From Akkermansia muciniphila (lineage in GTDB: Bacteria > Pseudomonadota > Gammaproteobacteria > Burkholderiales > Burkholderiaceae_C): 32,000 nt of DNA. A program made the position numbers and the translations under genes. Below the pieces are notes generated by a model. That model was not told the DNA's origin. It saw nothing but the letters and a program-made list of their open reading frames with translations, and did no database searches. The stretch is taken from positions 130,298-162,297 of the forward strand of contig CALQKH020000010.1 of assembly GCA_943331105.2 (NCBI GenBank), read 5' to 3'. This document shows positions 1 through 13,110 of this stretch, piece after piece; position 1 is the first letter of the stretch, and each line of letters opens with the position of its first letter.

Positions 1-580
1 CCTGTCGCAGCTGACCGACGACGAAGTGTTGGCCATGGCCGACAACCTCAAGGAAGGTTTCCCATTCGCCACGCCCGTGTTTGACGGTGCGGCCGAAGAA
101 GAAATCCGCGCGATGCTGCACTTGGCTTACCCAGACGACTTGGCCAAGGCCAAGGGTCTGACCGCCACACGCACACAAGCCAACCTGTTTGACGGCCGCA
201 CGGGCGATGCCTTTGACCGTCCAACCACCATTGGCTACATGCACTTCTTGAAACTGCACCACTTGGTGGACGACAAGATGCACGCCCGCTCGACTGGTCC
301 TTACAGCTTGGTCACACAGCAGCCGTTGGGTGGTAAAGCGCAGTTCGGTGGTCAGCGCTTCGGTGAGATGGAAGTGTGGGCATTGGAAGCCTATGGCGCC
401 TCCTATGTGCTGCAAGAGATGCTCACCGTGAAGTCCGACGACGTGCAAGGCCGTACCAAGGTGTACGAGAGCATTGTCAAAGGCGAACACTCCATCGAAG
501 CGGGCATGCCCGAATCGTTCAACGTGCTGGTCAAGGAAATCCGTTCGCTGGGCCTTGACATCGAGCTCGAGCGTTCTTAA
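1..580 (+). CDS. rpoB: DNA-directed RNA polymerase beta subunit, C-terminal part (5' end lies upstream of the window; reading frame starts at nt 2)
   Basis: The frame is open from nt 2. The translation ...[71 protein letters not shown]...[19 protein letters not shown] matches the well-known RpoB C-terminus. rpoC follows 23 nt later. Confidence 0.97.
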   Translation, partial: LSQLTDDEVLAMADNLKEGFPFATPVFDGAAEEEIRAMLHLAYPDDLAKAKGLTATRTQANLFDGRTGDAFDRPTTIGYMHFLKLHHLVDDKMHARSTGPYSLVTQQPLGGKAQFGGQRFGEMEVWALEAYGASYVLQEMLTVKSDDVQGRTKVYESIVKGEHSIEAGMPESFNVLVKEIRSLGLDIELERS

Positions 581-603
581 TTCACAGGCAAAGGATTTAA
601 ACC

Positions 604-4818
<4,215 letters not shown>

Positions 4819-4853
4819 GCGATGAAGTCACCGGTCCTCCGGTGACCCTTGAG

Positions 4854-4895
4854 CAGCCCCTGTACCGCCAAGTGGTCAGGGGCTGTTTCATTTTC
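4854..4895 (+). terminator. Rho-independent terminator after rpoC, preceded by a second perfect hairpin at 4827-4846
   Basis: A 9-bp stem cagcccctg (4854-4862) pairs with caggggctg (4877-4885) and is followed by tttcattttc. Just upstream, gtcaccgg-tcct-ccggtgac forms another hairpin. Confidence 0.7.
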
Positions 4896-4919
4896 AAATA
4901 GGCATTCACGGCCCACCCC

Positions 4920-6353
4920 ATGACCCCAAAGCCACGCGCCCAACATCTCCCCAGGTCCCCCAGGCCGATCTTCAAAGCTGCAGAAGCACTTGAGCCGGGT
5001 CAGCCGTCCAAGCAGGGGCCCTCCAACCATTCGGCTCCCTTGTGGCAATTGCTGCAAGCGACCGCAGCAGTGGTGCAGGGCGTGCGTTCAGGGCGCTCAT
5101 TGACGCCTGAAATCGAAGCGGTGCCTTCCGAACTGCGCCCCGGCGTGCAAGCGCTGGCATTTCAGGTCATGCGCCAATTGGGCCGTGCCACTGCGCTGCG
5201 CGAACAATTGGCCAGCAAAGCCCCACCTCCAGCTGCCGACGCCTTGTTGTGCACCGCTTTAGCTTTGAGCTGGCAAGACGCAGAGGCGCCTTACCCGGTA
5301 CACACTTTGGTCAACCAAGCGGTCGAAGCTGCTCGCCAGCAAAGAACGACGCACGCCCAAAGCGGTTTCATCAACGCTTGTCTGAGGCGCTTCATGCGTG
5401 AACGTGAGGACTTGGTGGCTCTGACCGACACCAACCCGCAGGCCTTTTGGAATCACCCCCTGTGGTGGATTGAGCGCCTGAAAGCCGAATACCCGGCGCA
5501 ATGGCAAAGTCTCCTGGGCATGGCGCAGCAGCCCGCACCCATGAGCTTGCGTGTCGATCCACGCCACCACAGCGTGGCCGAATACCAAGCGCAGTTGCTG
5601 GCCCTTGGCTTGCCTGCTCAAGCCGTTGGGGCGACAGGCTTGCAGTTGGCAAAAGCAGTGCCGGTCACCCAGTTGCCCGGCTTTGCCCAAGGCCACGTTT
5701 CTGTTCAAGATGCTGCAGCCCAAGTGGCCGCCCCCTTGTTGCTGCAAGGCCGTGACGCCACCAAGCCCTGGCGCATTCTGGACGCTTGTGCGGCCCCGGG
5801 TGGTAAAACTGCTCACTTGTTGGCTTGTTACCCCCAAGCTCGGGTTCTGGCCCTCGATGTAGATGCCCGCCGTTGCCAGCGGATTGATCAGAACTTAAAG
5901 CGCTTGGGTGTTCAAGCTGAGGCTCGTGCTGAAGTTCGCGCCGCAGATGCGGCCAAGCCCGACAGTTGGTGGGACGGTGAAAACTTTGATGCCATCTTGC
6001 TGGATGCCCCATGCACCGCTTCGGGCATCGTGCGCAGACATCCTGACGTGCGTTGGCTGCGTCGTCCCAGCGACAGCGCCCAACTGGGCCAAATTCAGGC
6101 GCAATTGCTCAAAGCGCTCTGGCCTCTCTTGGCACCGGGCGGGCGATTGCTTTACTGCACCTGCTCGGTCTTCCGTTCCGAAGGGGATGAAACCGTGCAA
6201 GCGTTTCTTCAGCGCAACACCAATGCCCAATTGCTGCCATCTCCCGGCCATTTGATACCCGGTCATGCGCCCACAGGTCTTCCGGTCGTGGACAATGCGT
6301 TGGGTGAACATGATGGGTTTTATTACGCACTGCTGGAGAAAGAACGGGCTTGA
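4920..6353 (+). CDS. rsmB: 16S rRNA (cytosine967-C5)-methyltransferase, RsmB/Sun family (start codon uncertain)
   Basis: SAM-binding motif DACAAPGGKT. Catalytic cysteine motifs LLDAPCTASG and LLYCTCS. The N-terminal half is NusB-like. Confidence 0.85.
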   Translation: MTPKPRAQHLPRSPRPIFKAAEALEPGQPSKQGPSNHSAPLWQLLQATAAVVQGVRSGRSLTPEIEAVPSELRPGVQALAFQVMRQLGRATALREQLASKAPPPAADALLCTALALSWQDAEAPYPVHTLVNQAVEAARQQRTTHAQSGFINACLRRFMREREDLVALTDTNPQAFWNHPLWWIERLKAEYPAQWQSLLGMAQQPAPMSLRVDPRHHSVAEYQAQLLALGLPAQAVGATGLQLAKAVPVTQLPGFAQGHVSVQDAAAQVAAPLLLQGRDATKPWRILDACAAPGGKTAHLLACYPQARVLALDVDARRCQRIDQNLKRLGVQAEARAEVRAADAAKPDSWWDGENFDAILLDAPCTASGIVRRHPDVRWLRRPSDSAQLGQIQAQLLKALWPLLAPGGRLLYCTCSVFRSEGDETVQAFLQRNTNAQLLPSPGHLIPGHAPTGLPVVDNALGEHDGFYYALLEKERA

Positions 6354-6948
6354 GCTGCTCAGCAGCCTCGCGCGGCTTTTGTGCGTTGGCATCCTGTCTA
6401 TTTCCACAGCTTGGGCCCAAAATGCCAGCATCGAGCTGACCGAACTCAAAGCGCTGCGCGAGAACGGCAACTTGGTGCTCAACGCTCAGATGTCTTTGGA
6501 GTTGGGGCCTGTCCTGGAAGATGCCTTGGTCAAAGGCCTTGCACTTCACTTTGTGGCCGAAGCTGAGATTTTGCGAGACCGCTGGTACTGGACCGATGCC
6601 CAAGTGGGTGTGAGCCATCGCTACTACAGGCTGGCTTTTCAACCCTTGACGCGGCGTTGGCGTTTGAATGTGTCATCCGAACCAATCGCGGGCACCGGTT
6701 TGGCTGGCAGCATTTCACAAAGTTTCGAAACCTTGGGTGAGGCCCTGAGCGTCATCCGCAGGCAGTCTGCTTGGCGACTCATTGATCTGCAAAGCCTCAC
6801 CCCTGACGCTCGGCAACGCATTCGTTACAACTTCAAGCTGGATGTGTCTCAACTGCCCAGACCCTTTCAGATCGCTGCAGGCGGTCAATCCGACTGGAAT
6901 TTGCAGGTCAGCAGAACACTCCGCTTGAACCAGGATTTGGTGCGCTGA
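6265..6948 (+). CDS. DUF4390-like exported protein (real start probably ATG 6310 or 6313, overlapping the rsmB end)
   Basis: A signal-like segment LLCVGILSISTAWAQ is present. The RWYWTD...YRLAFQPLTRRWRL pattern and the position between rsmB and the NtrY-like kinase fit my recollection of the DUF4390 family. That assignment is from memory and has not been searched. Confidence 0.6.
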   Translation: MRPQVFRSWTMRWVNMMGFITHCWRKNGLELLSSLARLLCVGILSISTAWAQNASIELTELKALRENGNLVLNAQMSLELGPVLEDALVKGLALHFVAEAEILRDRWYWTDAQVGVSHRYYRLAFQPLTRRWRLNVSSEPIAGTGLAGSISQSFETLGEALSVIRRQSAWRLIDLQSLTPDARQRIRYNFKLDVSQLPRPFQIAAGGQSDWNLQVSRTLRLNQDLVR

Positions 6949-6949
6949 A

Positions 6950-9247
6950 ATGCCTTGGGCCCAAGCCTATCGCCAAAAGTTCACCAGTCTGCCCAAAGGG
7001 GCCAGCCGCTGGCTGTTGTTGGTGGGCGCGCTCAGCTCGGTGCTGATCGGAGTGGGTTTGTTGGTGCTCATGACGCAGGCGACCGACCAAAGCGAAAATT
7101 TCAACCACAACTACGAATGGCTGGTCGTCACCAATGCAGTAGTTGCTGGTGGTCTGTTGTTGACGATTTTGTGGGGCTCTGTTCGGCTTTGGCTGAGGCT
7201 GCGCAAGGGTCAGTTTGGCGCACGCTTGCTGGTCAAGTTGGCGGGCATCTTTGCCTTGGTAGGGGTTGTGCCTGGCGTGCTGATTTATGTGGTGTCCTAC
7301 CAATTTGTGTCGCGTTCAATTGAAAGCTGGTTCGACGTCAAGGTCGAAGCCGCGCTGGTGGCCGGCTTGAACTTGGGCAGGGCTACGCTGGACACTTTGA
7401 GCGAGGACCTTGCCAAACAAGCCAAAGCCGCAGCCGCGAACTTGGCAGAATCGGGCGAAGCGAACCCCGGTTTGGCTGTCGAAAAAATCCGCACTCAGAT
7501 TGGCGCCATCGATGTGACCATTTGGACAGCGGGCGGTCGCATGGTGGCCAGTGCCGGGCAATCGCAATTTCAGATTCGTTCCGAGCGACCCACCAACCTG
7601 CAATTCAGGGAGGCCCGCAAGAATACGAGCTTGTCTTGGTATGAGGGCCTTGATGAATCTGCTTCTGGTGCAGACAAGGGCCGCATCAAAGTGCTGGTGT
7701 TGATCCCGCAGTGGAGCCTGGCACTTGACGAGGATCGGCGTCTCTTGCAAGTGATTCAAGAACTGCCGCCCACATTGGTCAACAACGCCCTTGAAGTGCA
7801 GGCAGCTTACCGCGAATACCAAGAAAGGGCTCTGGCCCGTGAAGGTTTACGGCGCATGTACATCGGCACCCTCACACTGAGTTTGTTCATGGCGGTTTTG
7901 GGCGCCATTTTGCTGGCAGTGTTGTTGGGTAACCAATTGGCCAGACCTTTGTTGCTGCTGGCACATGGCATGCGCCAGGTGGCTGCAGGCGACCTCCGTC
8001 CCAAGTTGGCTTTGCAGGGCAAAGACGAGTTGGGTGGGCTGACCCGATCATTCGCCGACATGACCCAGCAACTGGCCGATGCCAGGGGTAACGTCGAGCG
8101 CAGCCTCAGTCAACTTGATCAAGCCAGAAGCAACCTGCAAACCATTTTGGACAACCTGACGGCCGGTGTCATGGTTCTGGATGCGCAAGGGCGCATACAG
8201 TCTGCCAACCCCGGTGCGACGCGCATCTTGCGCGTACCCGTTGCGGCGCACGATCAGCAAAGTATTTTGAGCCTGCCCGGCCTGACCGAGTTCGCCAAAG
8301 GGGTGTCTGATCAGTTCACAGCATTGGGTGCCGATACGGGGGCGCATGAACTCGACCATTGGCAAAAGTCATTTGAAATCCACGCGTCTGGCCAAGGTTT
8401 AAGTCAAACCGGTGTGAATTTGTTGGCGCGTGGCGCCGTTTTGCCTGATGGCATGCGTCTATTGGTGTTCGACGATATCTCCGAGATTGTGTCTGCGGAG
8501 CGGGCGCAGGCCTGGGGCGAAGTCGCCCGGCGGCTGGCCCATGAGATCAAGAACCCACTCACCCCGATTCAGTTGTCGGCCGAACGCTTGGAGCGCCGAC
8601 TGATCGGTAAGCTGGATGCTTCTGACGAAGTGGTTTTGGCCAAATCGGTCAAGACCATCGTGGACCAAGTCGATGCCATGAAGCGCTTGGTCAATGAATT
8701 TCGTGACTACGCACGCCTGCCATCGGCAGAGCTCAAGCCATTGCAGCTCAATGCACTGATCACCGATGTCATGGCCTTGTATGCCACGGAACCGATGGAC
8801 AGCACACCGCGCCCCAAAGTCATGGCTGACCTTGATCCGGCATGCCCGTTCATATTGGGCGACGAGCAGCAACTGCGGCAGGTCATTCATAACCTGTTGC
8901 AGAACGCGCAAGATGCTTGTGAGTTGCGGGGAGATGGGGCGTCGCAAGCCCGTGTTCAGGTGCGCACCGAATGGCGTCCCGCCCGGCAGCGCGTCCGAAT
9001 GACCGTGACCGACTCAGGTCCGGGCTTTGCTCCCCATATTCTCCAGCGAGCGTTTGAACCCTATGTGACCACCAAAGCGAAGGGCACAGGATTGGGCCTG
9101 GCGGTCGTCAAGAAAATAGCCGACGAACACGCCGCTCGCATCGAGATGGGCAACTTGCTGGAAGATGGTGACATACAAGGCGCGCAAGTCTCGTTATCAT
9201 TCGCGGTGGTGCAAGAAGCACAGGGGCCTCAATCGCCCACTTCATGA
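6950..9247 (+). CDS. ntrY: Membrane sensor histidine kinase, NtrY-like (TM segments, HAMP, PAS, HisKA, HATPase)
   Basis: The N-terminus has hydrophobic helices. The H-box HEIKNPLTPIQLSAERL is typical of NtrY. The ATPase part has DSGPGF and GTGLGLAVVKKI boxes. Confidence 0.8.
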   Translation: MPWAQAYRQKFTSLPKGASRWLLLVGALSSVLIGVGLLVLMTQATDQSENFNHNYEWLVVTNAVVAGGLLLTILWGSVRLWLRLRKGQFGARLLVKLAGIFALVGVVPGVLIYVVSYQFVSRSIESWFDVKVEAALVAGLNLGRATLDTLSEDLAKQAKAAAANLAESGEANPGLAVEKIRTQIGAIDVTIWTAGGRMVASAGQSQFQIRSERPTNLQFREARKNTSLSWYEGLDESASGADKGRIKVLVLIPQWSLALDEDRRLLQVIQELPPTLVNNALEVQAAYREYQERALAREGLRRMYIGTLTLSLFMAVLGAILLAVLLGNQLARPLLLLAHGMRQVAAGDLRPKLALQGKDELGGLTRSFADMTQQLADARGNVERSLSQLDQARSNLQTILDNLTAGVMVLDAQGRIQSANPGATRILRVPVAAHDQQSILSLPGLTEFAKGVSDQFTALGADTGAHELDHWQKSFEIHASGQGLSQTGVNLLARGAVLPDGMRLLVFDDISEIVSAERAQAWGEVARRLAHEIKNPLTPIQLSAERLERRLIGKLDASDEVVLAKSVKTIVDQVDAMKRLVNEFRDYARLPSAELKPLQLNALITDVMALYATEPMDSTPRPKVMADLDPACPFILGDEQQLRQVIHNLLQNAQDACELRGDGASQARVQVRTEWRPARQRVRMTVTDSGPGFAPHILQRAFEPYVTTKAKGTGLGLAVVKKIADEHAARIEMGNLLEDGDIQGAQVSLSFAVVQEAQGPQSPTS

Positions 9248-9265
9248 ACAGAGACAAACAGGCTT

Positions 9266-9928
9266 ATGGCAAATATATTGGTGGTGGACGACGAGCTGGG
9301 CATTCGCGACCTGCTCTCCGAGATCCTCTTTGACGAAGGGCACCAGGTTGAACTTGCCGAGAACGCAGCTCAGGCTCGCGAAGCCCGACTCAACATGCGA
9401 CCTGATCTGGTTTTGCTGGACATCTGGATGCCCGATACCGATGGCGTTAGCCTGCTCAAAGAGTGGGCTGCATCGGGTTTGTTGACCATGCCTGTGATCA
9501 TGATGAGTGGGCACGCCACCATCGACACCGCTGTCGAGGCGGTCAAAATCGGCGCCCAAGCTTTCCTTGAAAAACCCATTACCCTGCAAAAACTCCTCAA
9601 GGCGGTCGAGCAGGGTTTGGCGCGAGTTCAAGTTCAACAAGCCATGCTGGCTGCAGCGCCGCAGCCCCTTTCCAGCACCTTGTCCATCTCCAGTCTGGTG
9701 GTCCATGAGACCGTCGCCACCCCCGATGTTCAACAAAGCTTTGAACTGGACCGTCCGCTGCGTGAGGCGCGTGACGCTTTCGAAAAAGCCTACTTCGAAT
9801 TTCATTTGGCACACGAAGCCGGATCCATGACCCGTGTGGCAGAAAAAACAGGCTTGGAGCGAACCCATTTGTACAGAAAGCTCAAGCAATTGGGCGTCGA
9901 CTTGACCCGCAGCAAACGCCACAGCTGA
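9266..9928 (+). CDS. Response regulator with a receiver domain and a Fis-type HTH, NtrX-like but lacking a central AAA+ domain
   Basis: MANILVVDDELGIRDLL...LVLLDIWMPDTDG forms the receiver domain. The C-terminal MTRVAEKTGLERTHLYRKLKQLGV is a Fis/HTH_8-type helix-turn-helix. It lies 18 nt after the kinase gene. Confidence 0.85.
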   Translation: MANILVVDDELGIRDLLSEILFDEGHQVELAENAAQAREARLNMRPDLVLLDIWMPDTDGVSLLKEWAASGLLTMPVIMMSGHATIDTAVEAVKIGAQAFLEKPITLQKLLKAVEQGLARVQVQQAMLAAAPQPLSSTLSISSLVVHETVATPDVQQSFELDRPLREARDAFEKAYFEFHLAHEAGSMTRVAEKTGLERTHLYRKLKQLGVDLTRSKRHS

Positions 9929-9981
9929 CGGGGCTCAAGAGACCCGGAAGCAGCGTTCGACTCTGCTATGAATGTTGCTTT

Positions 9982-10007
9982 CCGGCCCGGTAGCTCGGTT
10001 GGTAGAG
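9982..10007 (+). pseudogene. Orphan 5' fragment of tRNA-Phe (acceptor 5' strand plus D-arm)
   Basis: ccggcccggtagctcGgttggtagag matches 12922-12947 of the intact gene at 25 of 26 positions. The downstream sequence cannot form an anticodon arm or a T-arm. Confidence 0.6.
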
Positions 10008-10280
10008 TACCTGACCGCATTTACGGGTACTGAATGCTACTAACGCAACAGTCGCAAGCACTTGCTGAACGATGGCACGAGGTACCTTGCAGAGCAATCA
10101 GAGTGTTTTTGGATAATGGAGCCATCGCAATTTACCTTGTGGAGACTGGCACAGCATATTTCTTTCGTTGCATCGCTCCACTTCAGTTTTGACATCATTA
10201 TTTGTCTACTGATTTGTGTAGTGCCAACCGAACGAGTTTTGTGTGTCCCCAAGCGCCAATTTTCTTTACGCTCAGCCTTG

Positions 10281-11093
10281 CTATGAAAAAAACCGTAAGA
10301 GTTTGAGTTTTGTTCGGACCATGTCAGCTAATTGATGTTGCTGCTTTTCATTCAGTGTCCGGTGCAAAGCATTTCCGTAATCACGCTTTACTTTAAGCGC
10401 TGCAGTCAGGGCGTTGAAATAGTCCAGCATGGCTTCAGGAATTTCAAGAAAATCAACGGATGGATCTGAAAGCGCCCTGGCGATATTGCTGTTGACTTGG
10501 TCGCCTTTTGCACCGAGAGCTGCCACTTGCGATGATGCATCCTGAAACAGGTTTGCAGCAGTTTTTGTCTGAGCTTCGGACATGCCAAGCTTGCGAACAT
10601 ATTCATCACTGGACAGATTTTCGATCTTGGCCAGATAGACAGAATTTTTCGTCATTGAGCTGAATGCTTTAGTAATGGTAGGGGCCATCCTTCCTCTAAA
10701 GTTCAAGCGCTGTTTTTCATCCAGACTGGCATCAAATTTTGCCCAGTGGCTTGCGATCTTATGATGGCCCATGACGGTCTCGTGTAGACGACCCTGATAG
10801 TGTGTTACCAAAACACTCGAGAGGTCAGAAAATGTGGCGTCCCTTCGGTCAATTGCCTCACTGATCGTTTGCTTGAATGATTTCTTTGTGCCACCAGTGA
10901 CGTCTGGAAATTTTTTGGTGCTCTCAATCGCCTCGTTCAATAGCGCTGTTTGTGCTTCAGTCAGATTGATTCCTCTGACTGCTACGTTCGCATCAAGGAG
11001 CAGATCATTTGTTCCTCTACCGGCATTGGTCGTCACAGAAGTCAGCGACAGAATGACGATTGCAATTGATTTCATCAGATTTAATCGAAGCAT
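10281..11093 (-). CDS. Exported protein with repeated LTXXQ-like motifs (possibly Spy/CpxP-like; function tentative)
   Basis: N-terminal signal peptide MKSIAIVILSLTSVTTNA. Motifs INLTEAQ, LDEKQ, GMSEAQ and LNEKQ. GC is lower than in the core. Confidence 0.55.
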   Translation of the reverse strand: MLRLNLMKSIAIVILSLTSVTTNAGRGTNDLLLDANVAVRGINLTEAQTALLNEAIESTKKFPDVTGGTKKSFKQTISEAIDRRDATFSDLSSVLVTHYQGRLHETVMGHHKIASHWAKFDASLDEKQRLNFRGRMAPTITKAFSSMTKNSVYLAKIENLSSDEYVRKLGMSEAQTKTAANLFQDASSQVAALGAKGDQVNSNIARALSDPSVDFLEIPEAMLDYFNALTAALKVKRDYGNALHRTLNEKQQHQLADMVRTKLKLLRFFS

Positions 11094-11335
11094 TTTTTTC
11101 CTGTTTCTTGATTTCGACCAGTATTTTTTAAATGCACAAGGGTTTGAGCATGAGGGCGAAAAACGGCGGAGTGGGCAGCCTCACTCCACGCCGTCTTGCT
11201 TCCTTGCAAGCGAATCCACAGCCGCCAAACGTCCCCTGACCAAGCGTCAATTTTATTTACGGTCAGTCACCAGCCGTAAAGCAGCACCGGACCTAACTGT
11301 GAAATCGTGAACAAGAGCAAGCTGGTACCGATGCT

Positions 11336-12517
11336 TTATTTCAAACTCGCCCACTCTGCATAAAGTGAGTAGAGTTCTGCCATGTAGTTCTCAACATTTG
11401 AGAATGCAATCAGAACTCTGTTGTTGGCATGATTCCAACCGATGCGTTGCCCCCCATGGCCCGCAGCCCAGTAGCTGTCGCGATGTTTGAAGTTATCAGT
11501 CCAAATTTGATAACCATACCCGTCAAAGTGAGCGCCAATTTTTCGTGAATTTGGTATTTGCTTTTTGACGGCTCTGCGAATGTAATCTGCGAAGCATCCG
11601 GTGCCCGATTCGTTGGCCTTGACCCATGCCGCGAACCTGATCCAGTCTTCAAGGTACATGCGAACATTTCCATCCGATGTCCCATATCCAAAGTGGTCCT
11701 GGCCGATGATGGCGGGTCTTCTGATACCGGCGGGGATCAGTACTTCTCGTTCGACATATTTGGCGTATGTTGTGCCCGTAGTCTTGTTCAGTGCAACACC
11801 GAGAGTCAGAGGGTCAGTACTACGATAGATAAACAGTTCACCGGGCTTCAAAGGGATGCCTTGACTATTTTTGGCTGCACAGGATACCTGACTTGTGGAG
11901 AGAATGTCCAAGTAAGTCATGGAACCACTGCGAACTCGCTGGTCTTGCTCCGATGTCCAAATGGTAGTGTCTGGGTTCCCGGCCCATGTGCCGGAGCTCA
12001 TTTTCAGCAAGTGCTCTATGGTCGCTTTTCCAAGATCGGTGCCAGATAACTCTGGAATCAACTTGCCGACCTCATCGTCCAGGGACATTTTGCCCTCGCA
12101 AATAGCTTTGCCCACTGCCATTGCAGTCACTGTCTTGCCAACGCTGAAGCTGAGAAATCGATTGGATGAACCAGCCGGGGACTTGTAGCCTACCCAAACA
12201 ACTTGGTTCGCATCGACGAGAGCCATCGCTTTGGCAGAAGAATGTTCAAAAAGCCGCTGTGCTTTTTCGACTATCTCTTTTTCATGACTCAATGGCGCTC
12301 TGAAAACCAATGAGGATGCAGGCTTTGCAACCCTGGTTTGGTAATGCCAAGCTTGACCATTAGATAAAAGCCATTCGTCTGGTGCCGAAGAGAACTGTCC
12401 CGAACTGGGTAATTGAGCTAACACTGTTAACGGTAAGCACATCAATGAAGCCAGTGCAGATTTCCAGAAAGCACACCTAGTCATGGCATAGGGCGCATTA
12501 ATCGTGTCAGATCTCAA
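11336..12517 (-). CDS. Beta-lactamase-fold serine hydrolase, exported (alternative start at 12484)
   Basis: Signal-like segment ALASLMCLPLTVLAQ. S-x-x-K motif in FSVGKTVTAM. YRS and GHGG motifs are plausible counterparts of the Y-x-N and K/H-x-G boxes of the class C / PBP-like hydrolase family. Confidence 0.8.
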   Translation of the reverse strand: MRSDTINAPYAMTRCAFWKSALASLMCLPLTVLAQLPSSGQFSSAPDEWLLSNGQAWHYQTRVAKPASSLVFRAPLSHEKEIVEKAQRLFEHSSAKAMALVDANQVVWVGYKSPAGSSNRFLSFSVGKTVTAMAVGKAICEGKMSLDDEVGKLIPELSGTDLGKATIEHLLKMSSGTWAGNPDTTIWTSEQDQRVRSGSMTYLDILSTSQVSCAAKNSQGIPLKPGELFIYRSTDPLTLGVALNKTTGTTYAKYVEREVLIPAGIRRPAIIGQDHFGYGTSDGNVRMYLEDWIRFAAWVKANESGTGCFADYIRRAVKKQIPNSRKIGAHFDGYGYQIWTDNFKHRDSYWAAGHGGQRIGWNHANNRVLIAFSNVENYMAELYSLYAEWASLK

Positions 12518-12923
12518 GATGGCCCATCCTTTCAGTTGCTCTCAGCCAAGGTTTCTTTCTTTAATATACAAGGGCTTGTGTGCTGTTGGCAATGAATGAA
12601 GACGTAGCAAACCTGAAGGACCACTCTGGCCAACGCTGCCCCATAGGATTAAAAACGGTCCAGTAACAAGCTGTGCGCCAGGCATGGCCGCAGCGTAAAT
12701 TTTCTTGACGCTTGAGAAATGCATTCAACGTTCAAACCGACTGGGGCAACCGCAAGCCTGTGGCGCATCCGCACCCCGCACGGTGCTCAATAAGTGTGCA
12801 ACGTCTGTGCTAAGACGCTGGCACAGCAAAACGTCAGCCAAGATTTGGACCATCCGGTGACGCACTTTTTGGGATGCAGCAGGAATCCTCGCGGAAAAGT
12901 CCTGCTACAATCCCATCCTTACC

Positions 12924-13045
<122 letters not shown>

Positions 13046-13110
13046 GGTTACAGCGTAATCACACGCTGCCAACGCTCCCTCTACTTGCTACACGCTGTGG
13101 GGCTTGCTAA

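Noticed and set aside
5259-9922. Overlapping or antisense ORFs within rsmB, the DUF4390-like gene, the kinase and the regulator (for example 5259-5837, 5895-6482, 6109-6642, 7316-7822, 8459-8947 and 9242-9922 on the minus strand)
   Set aside because: These are shadow ORFs of well-supported sense genes and carry no independent motif or RBS evidence.
10040-10286. Short ORFs 10040-10252 (-) and 10062-10286 (+), just after the tRNA fragment
   Set aside because: They are mutually overlapping, have no RBS and their translations are unconvincing. I treat the region as non-coding islet end sequence.
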